Source: Planctomycetota bacterium
Lineage (GTDB): Bacteria; Planctomycetota; UBA1135; JADKAF01
Length of the DNA: 64,000 bases
Reading direction: 5' to 3'
Assembly: GCA_016719295.1 (NCBI GenBank)
Contig: JADKAF010000001.1
Location: 4,704,267-4,768,266 of the forward strand
Both the position numbers and the translations under genes were made by a program. Below are positions 27,864-37,715 of this stretch, in pieces (position 1 is the stretch's first letter; each line of letters begins with the position of its first letter). The notes below the pieces were generated by a model. That model made no database searches, was not told the DNA's origin, and saw only the letters and a program-made list of their open reading frames with translations.

Positions 27864-30188
27864 ATGAGCGATGACGCGGACGTGCAGGGAGGGGAACCGA
27901 GAGAGCGGGTCCCGGAGAGCGCTGAGCGGCTTCGCCAGCGCCTGGATCGCGTGCTCGGCTCGGGGAGAGATCCGCTGCAGATGCTCGCGGAGCTGTTGGC
28001 TTCCGAGCGTCGAGAAGAAGCGTCGGTCGCGCTGCTCGACTTGAGCGGCCAGGCGATCGATGGATTCGAGCTGAAGCGCTTGCTCGGCTACGGCGGCATG
28101 GGTGCGACCTATCTCGCGCAGTCCCCCGAGGGACCCTTGGTCGCGTTCAAGGTCATGATGGCGGAGCGCGATCGCGCGCGCGCCCGCTTCGAGAGCGAAG
28201 CCAAAGTTCTGGCGACGCTGCAGCACCCGAACATCGCGGCGTATCTGTCGCACGGAATGCGGTCGGACGGGCTGGGCTGGCTCGCGATGGAGCTCATCGA
28301 GGGGCAGAGCCTGGAGGCGACCTTTCAAGAGCTGGCCACCGAGAGACCCGCGGGACCGATCGCTCGCGCGCTGGCCGAAGGATGCCGCACTCCGCTGCTC
28401 GAGGACGATGCCTGGAGGCGGCGCTTCTTGCGCCTGATGATCGGGATCGTCGAAGCTCTCGAGCACGCGCACGAGCGCGGGGTCGTGCATCGCGACGTCA
28501 AGCCACAGAACATCCTGGTCCGGCCCGACCTCTCCGCCGCGCTCGTGGACTTCGGCATCGCCCGGGACGTGTTCCGTCCGGTGTCCCTGACGCGCGCGGG
28601 GATGCGTCTCGGCACTCCGGGATACATGGCTCCCGAGCAGCTCGCGGGTCGCCTGAAGGAGCTCGGGCCTCGCACCGATCTCTTCGCCTTGGGCCTCGTG
28701 CTCTGGCGCGGGCTGTTCGGCAGCGATCTCTTCTCGAGCGAGGAGGAGCTCGTGCGTTACGCGGGGAGGTCTCGCGCCCTCCTCCCGAGCAGCGCGCAGC
28801 AGCTCGGACCACCGCTCCTCGGCGTGCTCTATCGGGCGTTGGAGCCCCTGGCGAAGCACCGCTACCCATCGGCTCGGGCGCTCGGTGAAGATCTGCGCCG
28901 CTTGCTCAGCGATCGACCCGTGACCGCGCATGCGCCGGGGATCCTGGCGCGCTTCTCTCGCTCGACCATCGGGCGGCGGCTCTTCCTCGTCGGAGGAGGA
29001 ACGAGTCTCTTCGGGGCGGGCTTCTTAACGGCCCGAGCGCGGGAGCCCTATCGTCTGACGGTGGATGCTGTGAATCGGGGCGGCTTCTTCTGGCTCGGCG
29101 ACGACGAGTCGCAGAAGCGCAGCCTGCCCCACGATCCACTCGAAATCGAGCCCGGCGTCTACACGCTGCACTATCACTATCCCGAGACGATCCACCCGAA
29201 GCGCTACGAACAGCTCTCGCCCTTTCCGGTGCATCGGGTCTCCCGAGAGATCGAGATCGAGCCCGGAGCGAGGAAGGACCATCGCGTTACCTTGCTCACC
29301 ATCGGCGCCGATCAGCTGGGTCCGGCAGGGAACTGGCTCGGAACCGCGAATCGACCGCACATGCCTCCAGGAGAGGAAGAACCGCCCCGCGACCGCCCCT
29401 ACTCGCTCCTCCGTCTCGGAACAGGACTGGGTGACGCGAGCTTCGAGGTGGGCGTGGCCGGAAGCCATGAGCCGCGATGGCACTTCGCGCCCGGGTATCA
29501 CTGGGTTCCCGCGGGCCAAGGGTATTGGGTGCGGGCCACGGGACCGCGTGGAGAGCAGGAGATGGTCGAGCGCGTTCAATGCCTGCCGTTCGAACGCACG
29601 GAGATCGTTCTCTTGAGCTCGCAGAGCCTTCCACCGGACGAGAATCACCTCTCCTTCACATGGGGCAGCGTCTTCTCTCCGTTGCCCTCGGGGCTGGAGC
29701 TGGATCTCGATGATGGTTGGGGGCGTTGGCTCAATGGCCAGCAGGAGCCGCAAGCACCCGATCAGGAGTTCTTCATCCGCTGCGTCCTCGCTCCCTTGGT
29801 CCGAGATCGGGCGATCACTGCGCGACTTCTCCTCACGATGCCGAATCCACGGCGCTTCCGGCGCCTTCGGATCTGCTCGAACGCCGAATGGCGGAACCAG
29901 GATGCCGAGGTTCGAACCACCTGGGAGCTCGACGACGGTACCTCCGGCGAGTTCGCCAGCCAGTTGAATGGCCGCGGGGACATGTCCCAGCACGTCGTTC
30001 CGGTCGAGATCACGGCCGGCCCGGAAGGCGCGACGCGCTGCACGCTGAGCATCGCCGCGAGCGTGAGGCGCCTGCCTCAGGATTTCAGCAGCGTCGAGAT
30101 CTTCAGCGGTATGCTCGGGCCTGCGGATGGTCGCAGGCACGTCAATGGTCACGTCGCGCTCTCCATCGCGGCTGAGCTGATGCCGTGA
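27864..30188 (+). CDS. Ser/Thr protein kinase with TM segment and unassigned C-terminal domain
   Basis: Hanks motifs GYGGMGATY, VAFK, HRDVKPQNILV, DFGIARD, GTPGYMAPE. TM-like segment RRLFLVGGGTSLFGAGFL followed by ~380 unassigned aa. Starts 13 nt after the sigma factor stop. Confidence 0.9.
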   Translation: MSDDADVQGGEPRERVPESAERLRQRLDRVLGSGRDPLQMLAELLASERREEASVALLDLSGQAIDGFELKRLLGYGGMGATYLAQSPEGPLVAFKVMMAERDRARARFESEAKVLATLQHPNIAAYLSHGMRSDGLGWLAMELIEGQSLEATFQELATERPAGPIARALAEGCRTPLLEDDAWRRRFLRLMIGIVEALEHAHERGVVHRDVKPQNILVRPDLSAALVDFGIARDVFRPVSLTRAGMRLGTPGYMAPEQLAGRLKELGPRTDLFALGLVLWRGLFGSDLFSSEEELVRYAGRSRALLPSSAQQLGPPLLGVLYRALEPLAKHRYPSARALGEDLRRLLSDRPVTAHAPGILARFSRSTIGRRLFLVGGGTSLFGAGFLTARAREPYRLTVDAVNRGGFFWLGDDESQKRSLPHDPLEIEPGVYTLHYHYPETIHPKRYEQLSPFPVHRVSREIEIEPGARKDHRVTLLTIGADQLGPAGNWLGTANRPHMPPGEEEPPRDRPYSLLRLGTGLGDASFEVGVAGSHEPRWHFAPGYHWVPAGQGYWVRATGPRGEQEMVERVQCLPFERTEIVLLSSQSLPPDENHLSFTWGSVFSPLPSGLELDLDDGWGRWLNGQQEPQAPDQEFFIRCVLAPLVRDRAITARLLLTMPNPRRFRRLRICSNAEWRNQDAEVRTTWELDDGTSGEFASQLNGRGDMSQHVVPVEITAGPEGATRCTLSIAASVRRLPQDFSSVEIFSGMLGPADGRRHVNGHVALSIAAELMP

Positions 30189-30497
30189 CGACGGCTTGCG
30201 AGAGAGGCGACGTAGGGGATCCTCGCCGAGTTCGGCTGCTGGCTGCCCCGTGATGAGGGGCAGGAGAACCCGTGGTACCTGGCTCTCGGGAGGTGCTAGG
30301 TCGAGCCATAGGAGCTCTTCGCCACTTCCGCCGTGATCTCGCGGTCTTGCCCGCCTTGAACCAACGACCCCCTCGAGAACGAGAGCGACCTCGAGCGCCG
30401 GCAACGGCTCTGATCGCCAGTAGCCCCCCAAAGGGCGCATGGTCGCATATCTGCTCCCGTGCTCTGATCTTCGCCCTTCTCCCAGGAGATCCTAGAC

Positions 30498-31121
30498 ATG
30501 AACCATCGCCTCCTTTCCCGACTTGCCCTTCTCGCCCTCAGCTCTTGCCTCGCTCTGCCCATCGGCTGCGGCAGCGATCCCCAGCCGCTCCCGCCGAAGG
30601 TCGCGACTGGCCTCGATGGCCTGCGCAACGAGGCCATCGCGCTGAAGGGCCAGATCGAGAAGGTGACGGCGGCACTCTCGGATCTGGTGATGAAGCCGCA
30701 GGCCGACCTGCAGCCGCAGAGCTTCAGCTTCGCGCAGGAGCTCGCCGGGCTCGAAGGACGCCTCGAGCGTTCGCAGGCGCAGCGCCAGGTTGCCGGCAAC
30801 ATGGTGCTCGAGCAGTTCGCGTTCTGGGATAGCCAGCTCGACAAGCTCGAGAGCGAGGAAGCGAAGGAAGTCGCCGCCGAGCGTCGTGCCGCTACCGCGG
30901 AGACCTTCGATGGCATCCAGATGAAGATCGAAGCGCTGCGCGAGAAGTTCACGCCTTTCTTCACCGATCTCCGCGACGTGCGTCAGTACCTGAAGGGCGA
31001 CCTCAGCCTTCAGGGCTTGCAGACGATGAAGCCGGTGGCGGAGCGCGTGCTTGCGGCCCAGGGCGACATCCTGAGCGGTCTCGACGGCGTGGTCGCGAGC
31101 ATCACCGCCGCGATCGGCTAG
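30498..31121 (+). CDS. coiled-coil lipoprotein, function unknown
   Basis: AGGAG about 10 nt upstream of ATG 30498. Signal peptide plus lipobox (LALPIG|C). Gln/Leu/Glu-rich body. Confidence 0.7.
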   Translation: MNHRLLSRLALLALSSCLALPIGCGSDPQPLPPKVATGLDGLRNEAIALKGQIEKVTAALSDLVMKPQADLQPQSFSFAQELAGLEGRLERSQAQRQVAGNMVLEQFAFWDSQLDKLESEEAKEVAAERRAATAETFDGIQMKIEALREKFTPFFTDLRDVRQYLKGDLSLQGLQTMKPVAERVLAAQGDILSGLDGVVASITAAIG

Positions 31122-31138
31122 TGCAAACGTGAACGTCG

Positions 31139-31163
31139 GGGCGCGAGCGCTAGGCTCGCGCCC
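31139..31163. terminator. hairpin between convergent genes
   Basis: gggcgcgagc / gctcgcgccc form a perfect 10-bp stem with a 5-nt loop, between stop 31121 (+) and stop 31171 (-). Confidence 0.4.
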
Positions 31164-31170
31164 TGGCGGA

Positions 31171-33747
31171 TCAGTGCGCGAAGGCGACGCGCAGCGCGTT
31201 CGAGGCCGAGAGCTCGTTCGCGACGCAGGCGCCGGCATCGTGCGGCTCGCTCCAGAGGCACTGCAGCGCGAGAGTGGTGCCGACCAAGCTCGCTTGCCGA
31301 GGGATCGAGAGGATCCATCGCGCGCGGCCGTTCGTATCGCTCTGCACGGGTATGGCCAGCGCTCGCCACGGATCGAGATGCAACGCGAGCGGTCCGATCG
31401 CGAGGGGGCTCGCGAGCACGTCGGTTGCGAAGAGAAGTCCGCCCAGCGCGCTGCCGGGCGCGCCACCGCACCAGAGCTCGAAGTCGCGGACACCGATCCG
31501 CGGCTCGCTATTGGCGCCGAGCGAGGCTTGGCGCGCGCAGCTCGAGGTGGGCGTGCCGATGGATGTCAGGCCGCGGGGCAGGAGATCCAGCGCGACGAGC
31601 GTGGCGTCGCCGGGATGTACGCTGCCGAGTGCGCGCGGCGTCTCGGGGAAGTCGGACGACCAGGTCGTGCCCACCGAGATCGCCAGCAGCGGCGGCGCGA
31701 GCGCTCCGCCGTTGACGAGGTCGCTCCCGTCGCCGCCGTGATAGGTGGAGTGGATGAGCTGCTTCTCTGGTGAGCGCGCCGGATCGATGCGGGCGAAGAA
31801 TTGCTCGGGCTGGTTGAAGCCGAACGAGTGCGCGCGCGGTTGCTGCGCGTCCTCGGTGGTCGGCAGATGCTGCGAGGTCGTCGAGCCGATCAGCACGAGG
31901 GCGCCGCTGGGGTCGAGCTCGAGGTCGACCGCGACATCGGAGCCCTCGCCGCCGAAGAGCGCTCCGTAGCGGAGCTGTGCGCTCGGTGCTCGATGCGTGT
32001 CGAGGATGCCGACGATGGCCTCGTAGCTTCCGCGAGGGCTCGCAGGCAACGTGCGCGCGGTGATGGGGAAGTCTTGCGAATCGCTGCCCCCGACGAAGGC
32101 GTAGATGCCCGGCTCGAGCACGCGCACGGAGCGGATCTGGTCATCGCCCGAGCCGGCAAGGTAGGTTCCGTAGACGAGCTGCGCTCGGCCGGTGAGGCGG
32201 GGATCGAGGACCGCGAGGAAACCGTCGTAGTGATCGTAGCGGCGTAGCGGCGAAGGCAGCGCTGCGAACGCGTTGGCGGTCACCGGTAGGTCGAGGCTTC
32301 TCGCAGTGCCGGCGATGACCCACTGCTCACCATCGCGCGCCAGCGACCAAGCGGCGTCCGGTTCGTTACCGTGGAAGCGCGTGGCGTAGCGGAGCTGCGC
32401 GCTGCCGCTGGCGCGGGGATCGAGCTCGAAGAGTGCCGAGCCGCGCCGACCCGAGGTGTCGGATAGAAAGGCCCCGGGGGTCGTCGGGAAGTCCGCGGAG
32501 TAGCAGAAGATGATCCCGCCGACGGCGCCGTCGCCGCAGGGGACCAGCTCTTGCAGGAGATCGCCGTTGATCCCACCGAAGAGCGTGCACCACGCGAGTT
32601 GCCCGGCGCCACGAGCGCTGAGGTCCAGCTTCGCGATCCAGGAGCCGCTGTCGCCAGTCAACTGGCGCGAATAAGCACCCGGCGTCGTCGGGAAGTCGCG
32701 AGAGCTATGTCTTCCACCGACGAACACCGCGTTCGTACCGGCGTCCGCAAGACAGAGAGCTACCTGAGCTTCGCTTCCGCCGATCAGCGCGCTGTAGACG
32801 AGCTGCTGTTCCGGAGGCAACGCGAGATCGATCAGGCACACGAAGGATGTGCCCATGCGAGGAGGCAACGCGAAGAGCCCGCCGGTCGTGCTGGGGAACT
32901 CGAGATCCGCCGTCTCGCCGCAGACCCAGAGGCGCGAGGAACCGACGGCGATCACGTCCCACGCGATCTCCCCAGTCGGTCCGCCGAAGCTCGTCGAAGT
33001 CCGCAGCTCCGGATCGAGCACTAGATCGCGCAGCTCGTCGGCTGCCGCGAGATCGAGCGCGAAGTGGTTCGCGTCGAGCAAGCGGAAGCGCGCGTCGTGC
33101 AGCAGCTCGCACGCCGTCTCTCCGCACCAAGCGAGCGGAGCAGGCTGACGGATCACGCCGAGCGCGGTCTCGAGGACCAGCGAGCGATCCTGATCGAGGT
33201 GAAGACCCGCGTGGCCCTGCACTTCGATCGCGAGCTCGCGGAGCGTCGCTCCTTCGTCGAGCAGGAGGTCGTACGCGAAGCTCCCCGCCTTCTCGCGGAA
33301 GCGCACGGCAAAGCCGTCGCCTTTCAGACACACGCTGCGATACGCCGCGAGGTCGGTCACCCAGCGCGCGGGATCGCTGCCGCGGAAGAACGCGCGCGAA
33401 CCACAGCCTGCGCCTTCGGGCTCGGCACGCAGAGCCTCTCGTGCGCCGCGTAGCGCGAAGTGCACGCGCAGCACGGCGCGTCCCTCGTGCGGCAGCGTCG
33501 CTCCGAGGATCAGCGACCAGCCGTCGCGCTCGAGCGTGATCCAAGTGTTGCCGGAGCGCGCGGCCCAGAGCACGGCTTGATCCCATTGCCCGCAGTTCTT
33601 CACGAAGAGCGGGCGGGAGGCCTCGCGCAGCGCGTGATGGCTCCGGACGTTCGGCTGCGGGGCCGCGGGCTGCTGCGGGAAGAGAAGCGCCGCGGTCGCG
33701 ACGAGCGCGACCGCGGCGTTGATCGGCGAGATCGTTCGGATACCCAT
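31171..33747 (-). CDS. secreted SBBP (beta-propeller) repeat protein
   Basis: Track ORF 31171..34332 trimmed to ATG 33747 (MGIRTISPINAAVALVATAALL). Repeated units end in S-x-DFP-x-T (GGSDSQDFPIT, GRHSSRDFPTTPGA, CYSADFPTTPGA, TWSSDFPETP), characteristic of SBBP repeats. Confidence 0.75.
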   Translation of the reverse strand: MGIRTISPINAAVALVATAALLFPQQPAAPQPNVRSHHALREASRPLFVKNCGQWDQAVLWAARSGNTWITLERDGWSLILGATLPHEGRAVLRVHFALRGAREALRAEPEGAGCGSRAFFRGSDPARWVTDLAAYRSVCLKGDGFAVRFREKAGSFAYDLLLDEGATLRELAIEVQGHAGLHLDQDRSLVLETALGVIRQPAPLAWCGETACELLHDARFRLLDANHFALDLAAADELRDLVLDPELRTSTSFGGPTGEIAWDVIAVGSSRLWVCGETADLEFPSTTGGLFALPPRMGTSFVCLIDLALPPEQQLVYSALIGGSEAQVALCLADAGTNAVFVGGRHSSRDFPTTPGAYSRQLTGDSGSWIAKLDLSARGAGQLAWCTLFGGINGDLLQELVPCGDGAVGGIIFCYSADFPTTPGAFLSDTSGRRGSALFELDPRASGSAQLRYATRFHGNEPDAAWSLARDGEQWVIAGTARSLDLPVTANAFAALPSPLRRYDHYDGFLAVLDPRLTGRAQLVYGTYLAGSGDDQIRSVRVLEPGIYAFVGGSDSQDFPITARTLPASPRGSYEAIVGILDTHRAPSAQLRYGALFGGEGSDVAVDLELDPSGALVLIGSTTSQHLPTTEDAQQPRAHSFGFNQPEQFFARIDPARSPEKQLIHSTYHGGDGSDLVNGGALAPPLLAISVGTTWSSDFPETPRALGSVHPGDATLVALDLLPRGLTSIGTPTSSCARQASLGANSEPRIGVRDFELWCGGAPGSALGGLLFATDVLASPLAIGPLALHLDPWRALAIPVQSDTNGRARWILSIPRQASLVGTTLALQCLWSEPHDAGACVANELSASNALRVAFAH

Positions 33748-33898
33748 CACGGCGTCATCTCTCTCGGCCCCTGGGGGGAGAGCGGAGCCAGGAGATGGAT
33801 CGCCGTTCGTCGCGGGTGGCCTGGAGGCGAAGTTCCGCCCCTTACCGCGAACGAGTCGGCGCGTTCGGTCGGGGATCTCCGTCGCGCGCGCGAAGGTC

Positions 33899-35299
33899 TC
33901 AGCGCGGCGCGCGGAGATCGTAACAAAGGAGGCGCGGAGAAGTCCCCTGGCGGCGATCGGGCTCGTTCTGGCACACGAGGAGGAGGCCACGGGCGAGAGC
34001 GAGCGGCGTCCAGGAATCGGGCGCGTCGAAGAGCGCCGCCCGAGCTTCGATCGCGGCGGCATCGCTCGCGACGCGCAGGCGGAAGAGATCGCCGCCGTCG
34101 CCGAGTGCCAGCACGCGCCCATCGACCGCGAGCAGGTTGCCTTCGCCGAGGCTGCCCGCATCGGCGGCGGGCTCGCAGCGCCAGCGCTCCTCTCCACTCG
34201 CGGGATCGAGGCCCACGACGGCACCGGCCTGATTCGCGACGCCGTCGATGAGGACGATCGCGCCGTCGAGAAAGAGCGGCGGCGAGAAGCGGACGCCGAT
34301 GCGGCTCGCTCTCCAGCGCTCGCGCAGCGCACCGTCCTCGCCGCGTTGCAACAGCGCGCTGCCTGTGCCGTAGGACGCCGTGAGGAAGACCGTGTCGTCC
34401 ACGACGAGCGGCGAGCAGCCGCTCACGGAGGTCGCGGAGCGCGAGCGGAAGGGGAAGCGCTGCTCCACGATGCCGTTCTCGGGCTCGATGAGGAGCAAGC
34501 CGCCGACCGCGGGCCGCGTCTTGCCGCCGCAGAGCACGAAGAGTCTCTCGGCGCCGCCCCATGGTGCGAGCACGGGAGAAGCGCAATCGGCGCCCCACTT
34601 GGGTTCTCCGGCGGCTCGCCAGAGCTCCTTTCCGCTCTGCACCTCGAGCGCCACGACACAGGCGTCGTCCGCGCCGCCCACGTTCACGAAGAGCTTCTCG
34701 CCTCGCGCGATCGGGCTCGCCGCGACGCCGAACCAGCTGTCGGGCGTGCGGTACTCGCGCGCCAGATCGCGGCTCCAAACGCGCGTCCCCATCTCTAGCT
34801 CGACGGCGTGCAGCGTGCCCTCGACGCCGTGCACGAAGACGAGTCCCCCGTGCGCCAAGGGCGCCGCGCGCGGCCCGCCGTCTGCGGCGATCTCGCCGCG
34901 GTAATCGCAAGGGTGCTCGTAGACCCACTGCAGGGCACCGCTCTCGAGCGCGCGCGCTTCGAGCCGCGCGACCTCGCCGACGCGATGGTAGTGCAGAACG
35001 CGCTCACCGACGATCACCGGCGCGGCGAAGCCCTCGCCGCGCGGCGCTTCCCAGACGAGCTTCGGCCCTGCGCTGTCCCAGGTGTGATCGATGTGCGTCT
35101 CGCGCGAGCGCGCATCGCGCCGCGGGCCGAGGAAGCCCGGCCAGTCTTCGTTCACCGCATCGGCGGCGCGCGCGCGCGGCGGCGCGTGCCGCACGGCGTC
35201 CGCGGCGTCGAAGCGGGGCGACGGCGCTTCCTGGGCGCAGCAGCAGAGCGCGAAGCTCGAGCTCAGGGCGGCGAGCGTGGGATAGCGCGAGATACGCAT
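33899..35299 (-). CDS. secreted PQQ-like (BamB/YncE-type) beta-propeller protein
   Basis: Trimmed to ATG 35299 (MRISRYPTLAALSSSFALCCCAQ signal). Repeated Trp/Gly-containing blade motifs (GKELWRAAGEPKWG, GTRVWSRDL, GALQWVYEH). Confidence 0.75.
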   Translation of the reverse strand: MRISRYPTLAALSSSFALCCCAQEAPSPRFDAADAVRHAPPRARAADAVNEDWPGFLGPRRDARSRETHIDHTWDSAGPKLVWEAPRGEGFAAPVIVGERVLHYHRVGEVARLEARALESGALQWVYEHPCDYRGEIAADGGPRAAPLAHGGLVFVHGVEGTLHAVELEMGTRVWSRDLAREYRTPDSWFGVAASPIARGEKLFVNVGGADDACVVALEVQSGKELWRAAGEPKWGADCASPVLAPWGGAERLFVLCGGKTRPAVGGLLLIEPENGIVEQRFPFRSRSATSVSGCSPLVVDDTVFLTASYGTGSALLQRGEDGALRERWRASRIGVRFSPPLFLDGAIVLIDGVANQAGAVVGLDPASGEERWRCEPAADAGSLGEGNLLAVDGRVLALGDGGDLFRLRVASDAAAIEARAALFDAPDSWTPLALARGLLLVCQNEPDRRQGTSPRLLCYDLRAPR

Positions 35300-35503
35300 G
35301 GAGGGCGGTGCCTGTGTGGGCCGGCGAAGGGGGCTTCGCGCTCCATGGTACGCGCGAGCACGTCGAGCGACTCGCCGCACGAGGCCCTCGCGAAAACGCG
35401 CCCGGGGCTATCGAGCTACTTGGGGCGTTCGTATTCTGGGCCTGCCCGGTAGGCGTCGTCGCCGATATGTGCGAACCGGCGGAGGCCGGGCTCGCGTGGG
35501 AGA

Positions 35504-36898
35504 TTGGCTCTCACGGCAACTCTCTTATTCACAGCGGAGGATCACTCCGTGACCCTATCTTTCGGCTCTGGGATCGGCGAGCGACACAACGCCGATCCGT
35601 TTGGCTCGCGACGAAGCTTTCGAACCAGGCGGCTCCTGGCCTTCGCGGCACTCGCCCTGTTGCTCGTCGCTTCGCGAGCCAGAGCCCAGAATCTTCTCGT
35701 CCTGATGGCCGACGACCTGGGCAAGGACAAGCTGAGCACGTACGGCATCAGCATCGCGCCACCGACTCCGGCGCTCGATCAGCTCGCCTCACGCGGCCTG
35801 CTGTTCCGGAACTTCTGGAGCCATCCGAGCTGCTCGCCCACGCGAGCGGCTTTCCTCACGGGCGAGTATGTGCACCGCAATCTGATCGGTCGCGCGATCT
35901 CGCCTTCCTCGTCCTTCGGGCTCGACCCGACGCGCCCCTATCTCCTGCCGAAGCTCTTGCCGCCGAGCTACGCCAAGGTCGCTGTCGGCAAATGGCACGT
36001 CGGCGCGCCGGGAGCTGGCGGCTGGCATCCCATCGCCGCAGGCTTCGACCTGTATGCCGGGGCGTTGATGAACCTCCATGCGACGGAGTCGTACGGGAGC
36101 TACACGAAGACCTACGCGAGCCCCGCGGGCGTTGCCACGGTGGGCTCGACGAGCTACATCACGGACGACGAAACCGAAGACGCGCTTTCGGCCCTGAGCT
36201 TTCTCGCGGCACTCGGTCGGCCATGGCTCCTCCAGGTGTGCTTCCACGCGATTCACGAGCCGCTGCACTTCCCACCGGGGATGGGTGGGACACCGACCAT
36301 CACGGGGATGGCGGAGAGTCGCGCGATGGCCCGCTATCTCGATCGATCCATCGGTCGCATCCTCGCGGCAGTGGATTGGCGGACGACGACGGTGATCTTC
36401 TTCTCCGACAACGGAACGAGCACCGGACTGACCCAATCGAATCTCCGCGGCGCCAAGGGCACGCTCTACGAGGGCGGCGTCTCGGTACCGCTCATCCTCG
36501 CGGGGCAAGCGGTCTCTTGGCAGGGCGCGAGCGACGAGCTGGTTCAGGACTGTGATCTCTTCGCGACGGCGCTCGCGATCGCGTGGGGATTTCCGGGGCC
36601 GCTGCAGCTCGCCGACGCCCACTCGCTCGTTCCGGTGCTGCTTGGGGGCCGAGGCACGCGTCGCCATTGCTACTCCGAAGAGTTCCGTCCGAACGGACAG
36701 GCGCCTCCCGCGACCTTCGCAGAGACCGCGCGCGACGCGCGTTGGAAGTTGATCTCCGGCTCGAGCGGATCGACGGAGTTCTTCGACCTACTTCTCGACC
36801 CTTCCGAAACGACGCCGCTCGCGCTGTCCGGCCTGACTCCACCGCAGCTCGCGGCCTACAACATCTTGCAGGGCATCCTGAGCTCGCACGGGTTCTAG
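35504..36898 (+). CDS. type I sulfatase (formylglycine-dependent)
   Basis: C-x-P-x-R signature in context (SHPSCSPTRAAFLTGEY). N-terminal LVLMADDLG metal-binding motif and a signal-like segment. The TTG start at 35504 is uncertain. Confidence 0.85.
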   Translation: MALTATLLFTAEDHSVTLSFGSGIGERHNADPFGSRRSFRTRRLLAFAALALLLVASRARAQNLLVLMADDLGKDKLSTYGISIAPPTPALDQLASRGLLFRNFWSHPSCSPTRAAFLTGEYVHRNLIGRAISPSSSFGLDPTRPYLLPKLLPPSYAKVAVGKWHVGAPGAGGWHPIAAGFDLYAGALMNLHATESYGSYTKTYASPAGVATVGSTSYITDDETEDALSALSFLAALGRPWLLQVCFHAIHEPLHFPPGMGGTPTITGMAESRAMARYLDRSIGRILAAVDWRTTTVIFFSDNGTSTGLTQSNLRGAKGTLYEGGVSVPLILAGQAVSWQGASDELVQDCDLFATALAIAWGFPGPLQLADAHSLVPVLLGGRGTRRHCYSEEFRPNGQAPPATFAETARDARWKLISGSSGSTEFFDLLLDPSETTPLALSGLTPPQLAAYNILQGILSSHGF

Positions 36899-37084
36899 CT
36901 CGGAGCGCGCCGCGTCGAGCGGCCCTTCCCCCTCCTCTCGTGCCGCGGAACGCCGAATGGGCCGAAGGGTCCCTTGCGCCGCACGGCCTCCGGGGAGTAG
37001 CACTTCGGCTCGCCTGCAGCGCTGCTCCTCGTCGAGAAGGCGCTCTCGGCTCCCTATGCGGCGTCCCCTGTTGGAGGACCTTCC

Positions 37085-37693
37085 ATGCGCGCTCTGCTCT
37101 GCTCCGCGGCGGTGATCTTGCTGGCGAGCTCGCCGGCGTACACGCAGGCCGTGGTCGAGAAGGTCGTCCCCCGCGCCATCGGGCTCTCCTACCAGAAGGC
37201 CAAGACGCGCTTCGAGGCGTTCGAGGTTCTCTACCAGTTCGATCCGGAGCCACCGCCCGGTGCGAACGAGAACTGCCGCGTGGTGCAGCTCACCCCGGCG
37301 TCGGGCACCCTCTTGAATGCGGGGGAACAGGTCACCGCTCATCTACAGACCGTCGATCCCGGGCAGCTGGTCGCGCCGGAGCTGCTCGACATGCGCCTGC
37401 CCTTCGCGCTCGGGGAGCTCTACCTCTGCGACTTCAGCGACAAGCGCATCGAGATCACGCCGGCCGATCACGATCCCCAGGCATGGGTGACGGAGGTCAA
37501 GCAGGAGCCCGGCGCGATCATCAACCTGAACAACGCCATCAACGTCGTCGTCTTCAACAAGCAGGGGCCCGGACCCGGTCTCCCCATCGAAGCCTGGACC
37601 TTGATCGCGATCGGCGTGGCCGTTGGCGTCGCCGTCGGTTGGTGGTTCGCCTCGAGGTTCCGCGGACGAGTGGAACGGCGCGCGGACCTCTGA
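37085..37693 (+). CDS. secreted, C-terminally anchored protein with PASTA-like modules
   Basis: GGAGG upstream of ATG 37085. Signal peptide. Two ~65-aa modules resemble PASTA repeats (VPRAIGLSYQKAKTRFEAF..). C-terminal TM WTLIAIGVAVGVAVGWWF. The PASTA assignment is tentative. Confidence 0.6.
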   Translation: MRALLCSAAVILLASSPAYTQAVVEKVVPRAIGLSYQKAKTRFEAFEVLYQFDPEPPPGANENCRVVQLTPASGTLLNAGEQVTAHLQTVDPGQLVAPELLDMRLPFALGELYLCDFSDKRIEITPADHDPQAWVTEVKQEPGAIINLNNAINVVVFNKQGPGPGLPIEAWTLIAIGVAVGVAVGWWFASRFRGRVERRADL

Positions 37694-37715
37694 GGCGCGC
37701 GGCCCGCCGCGCGGC

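Noticed and set aside
29909-29918. tRNA T-arm-like string ggttcgaacc
   Set aside because: It lies in-frame inside the Ser/Thr kinase CDS. No acceptor or anticodon stem complementarity is visible around it.
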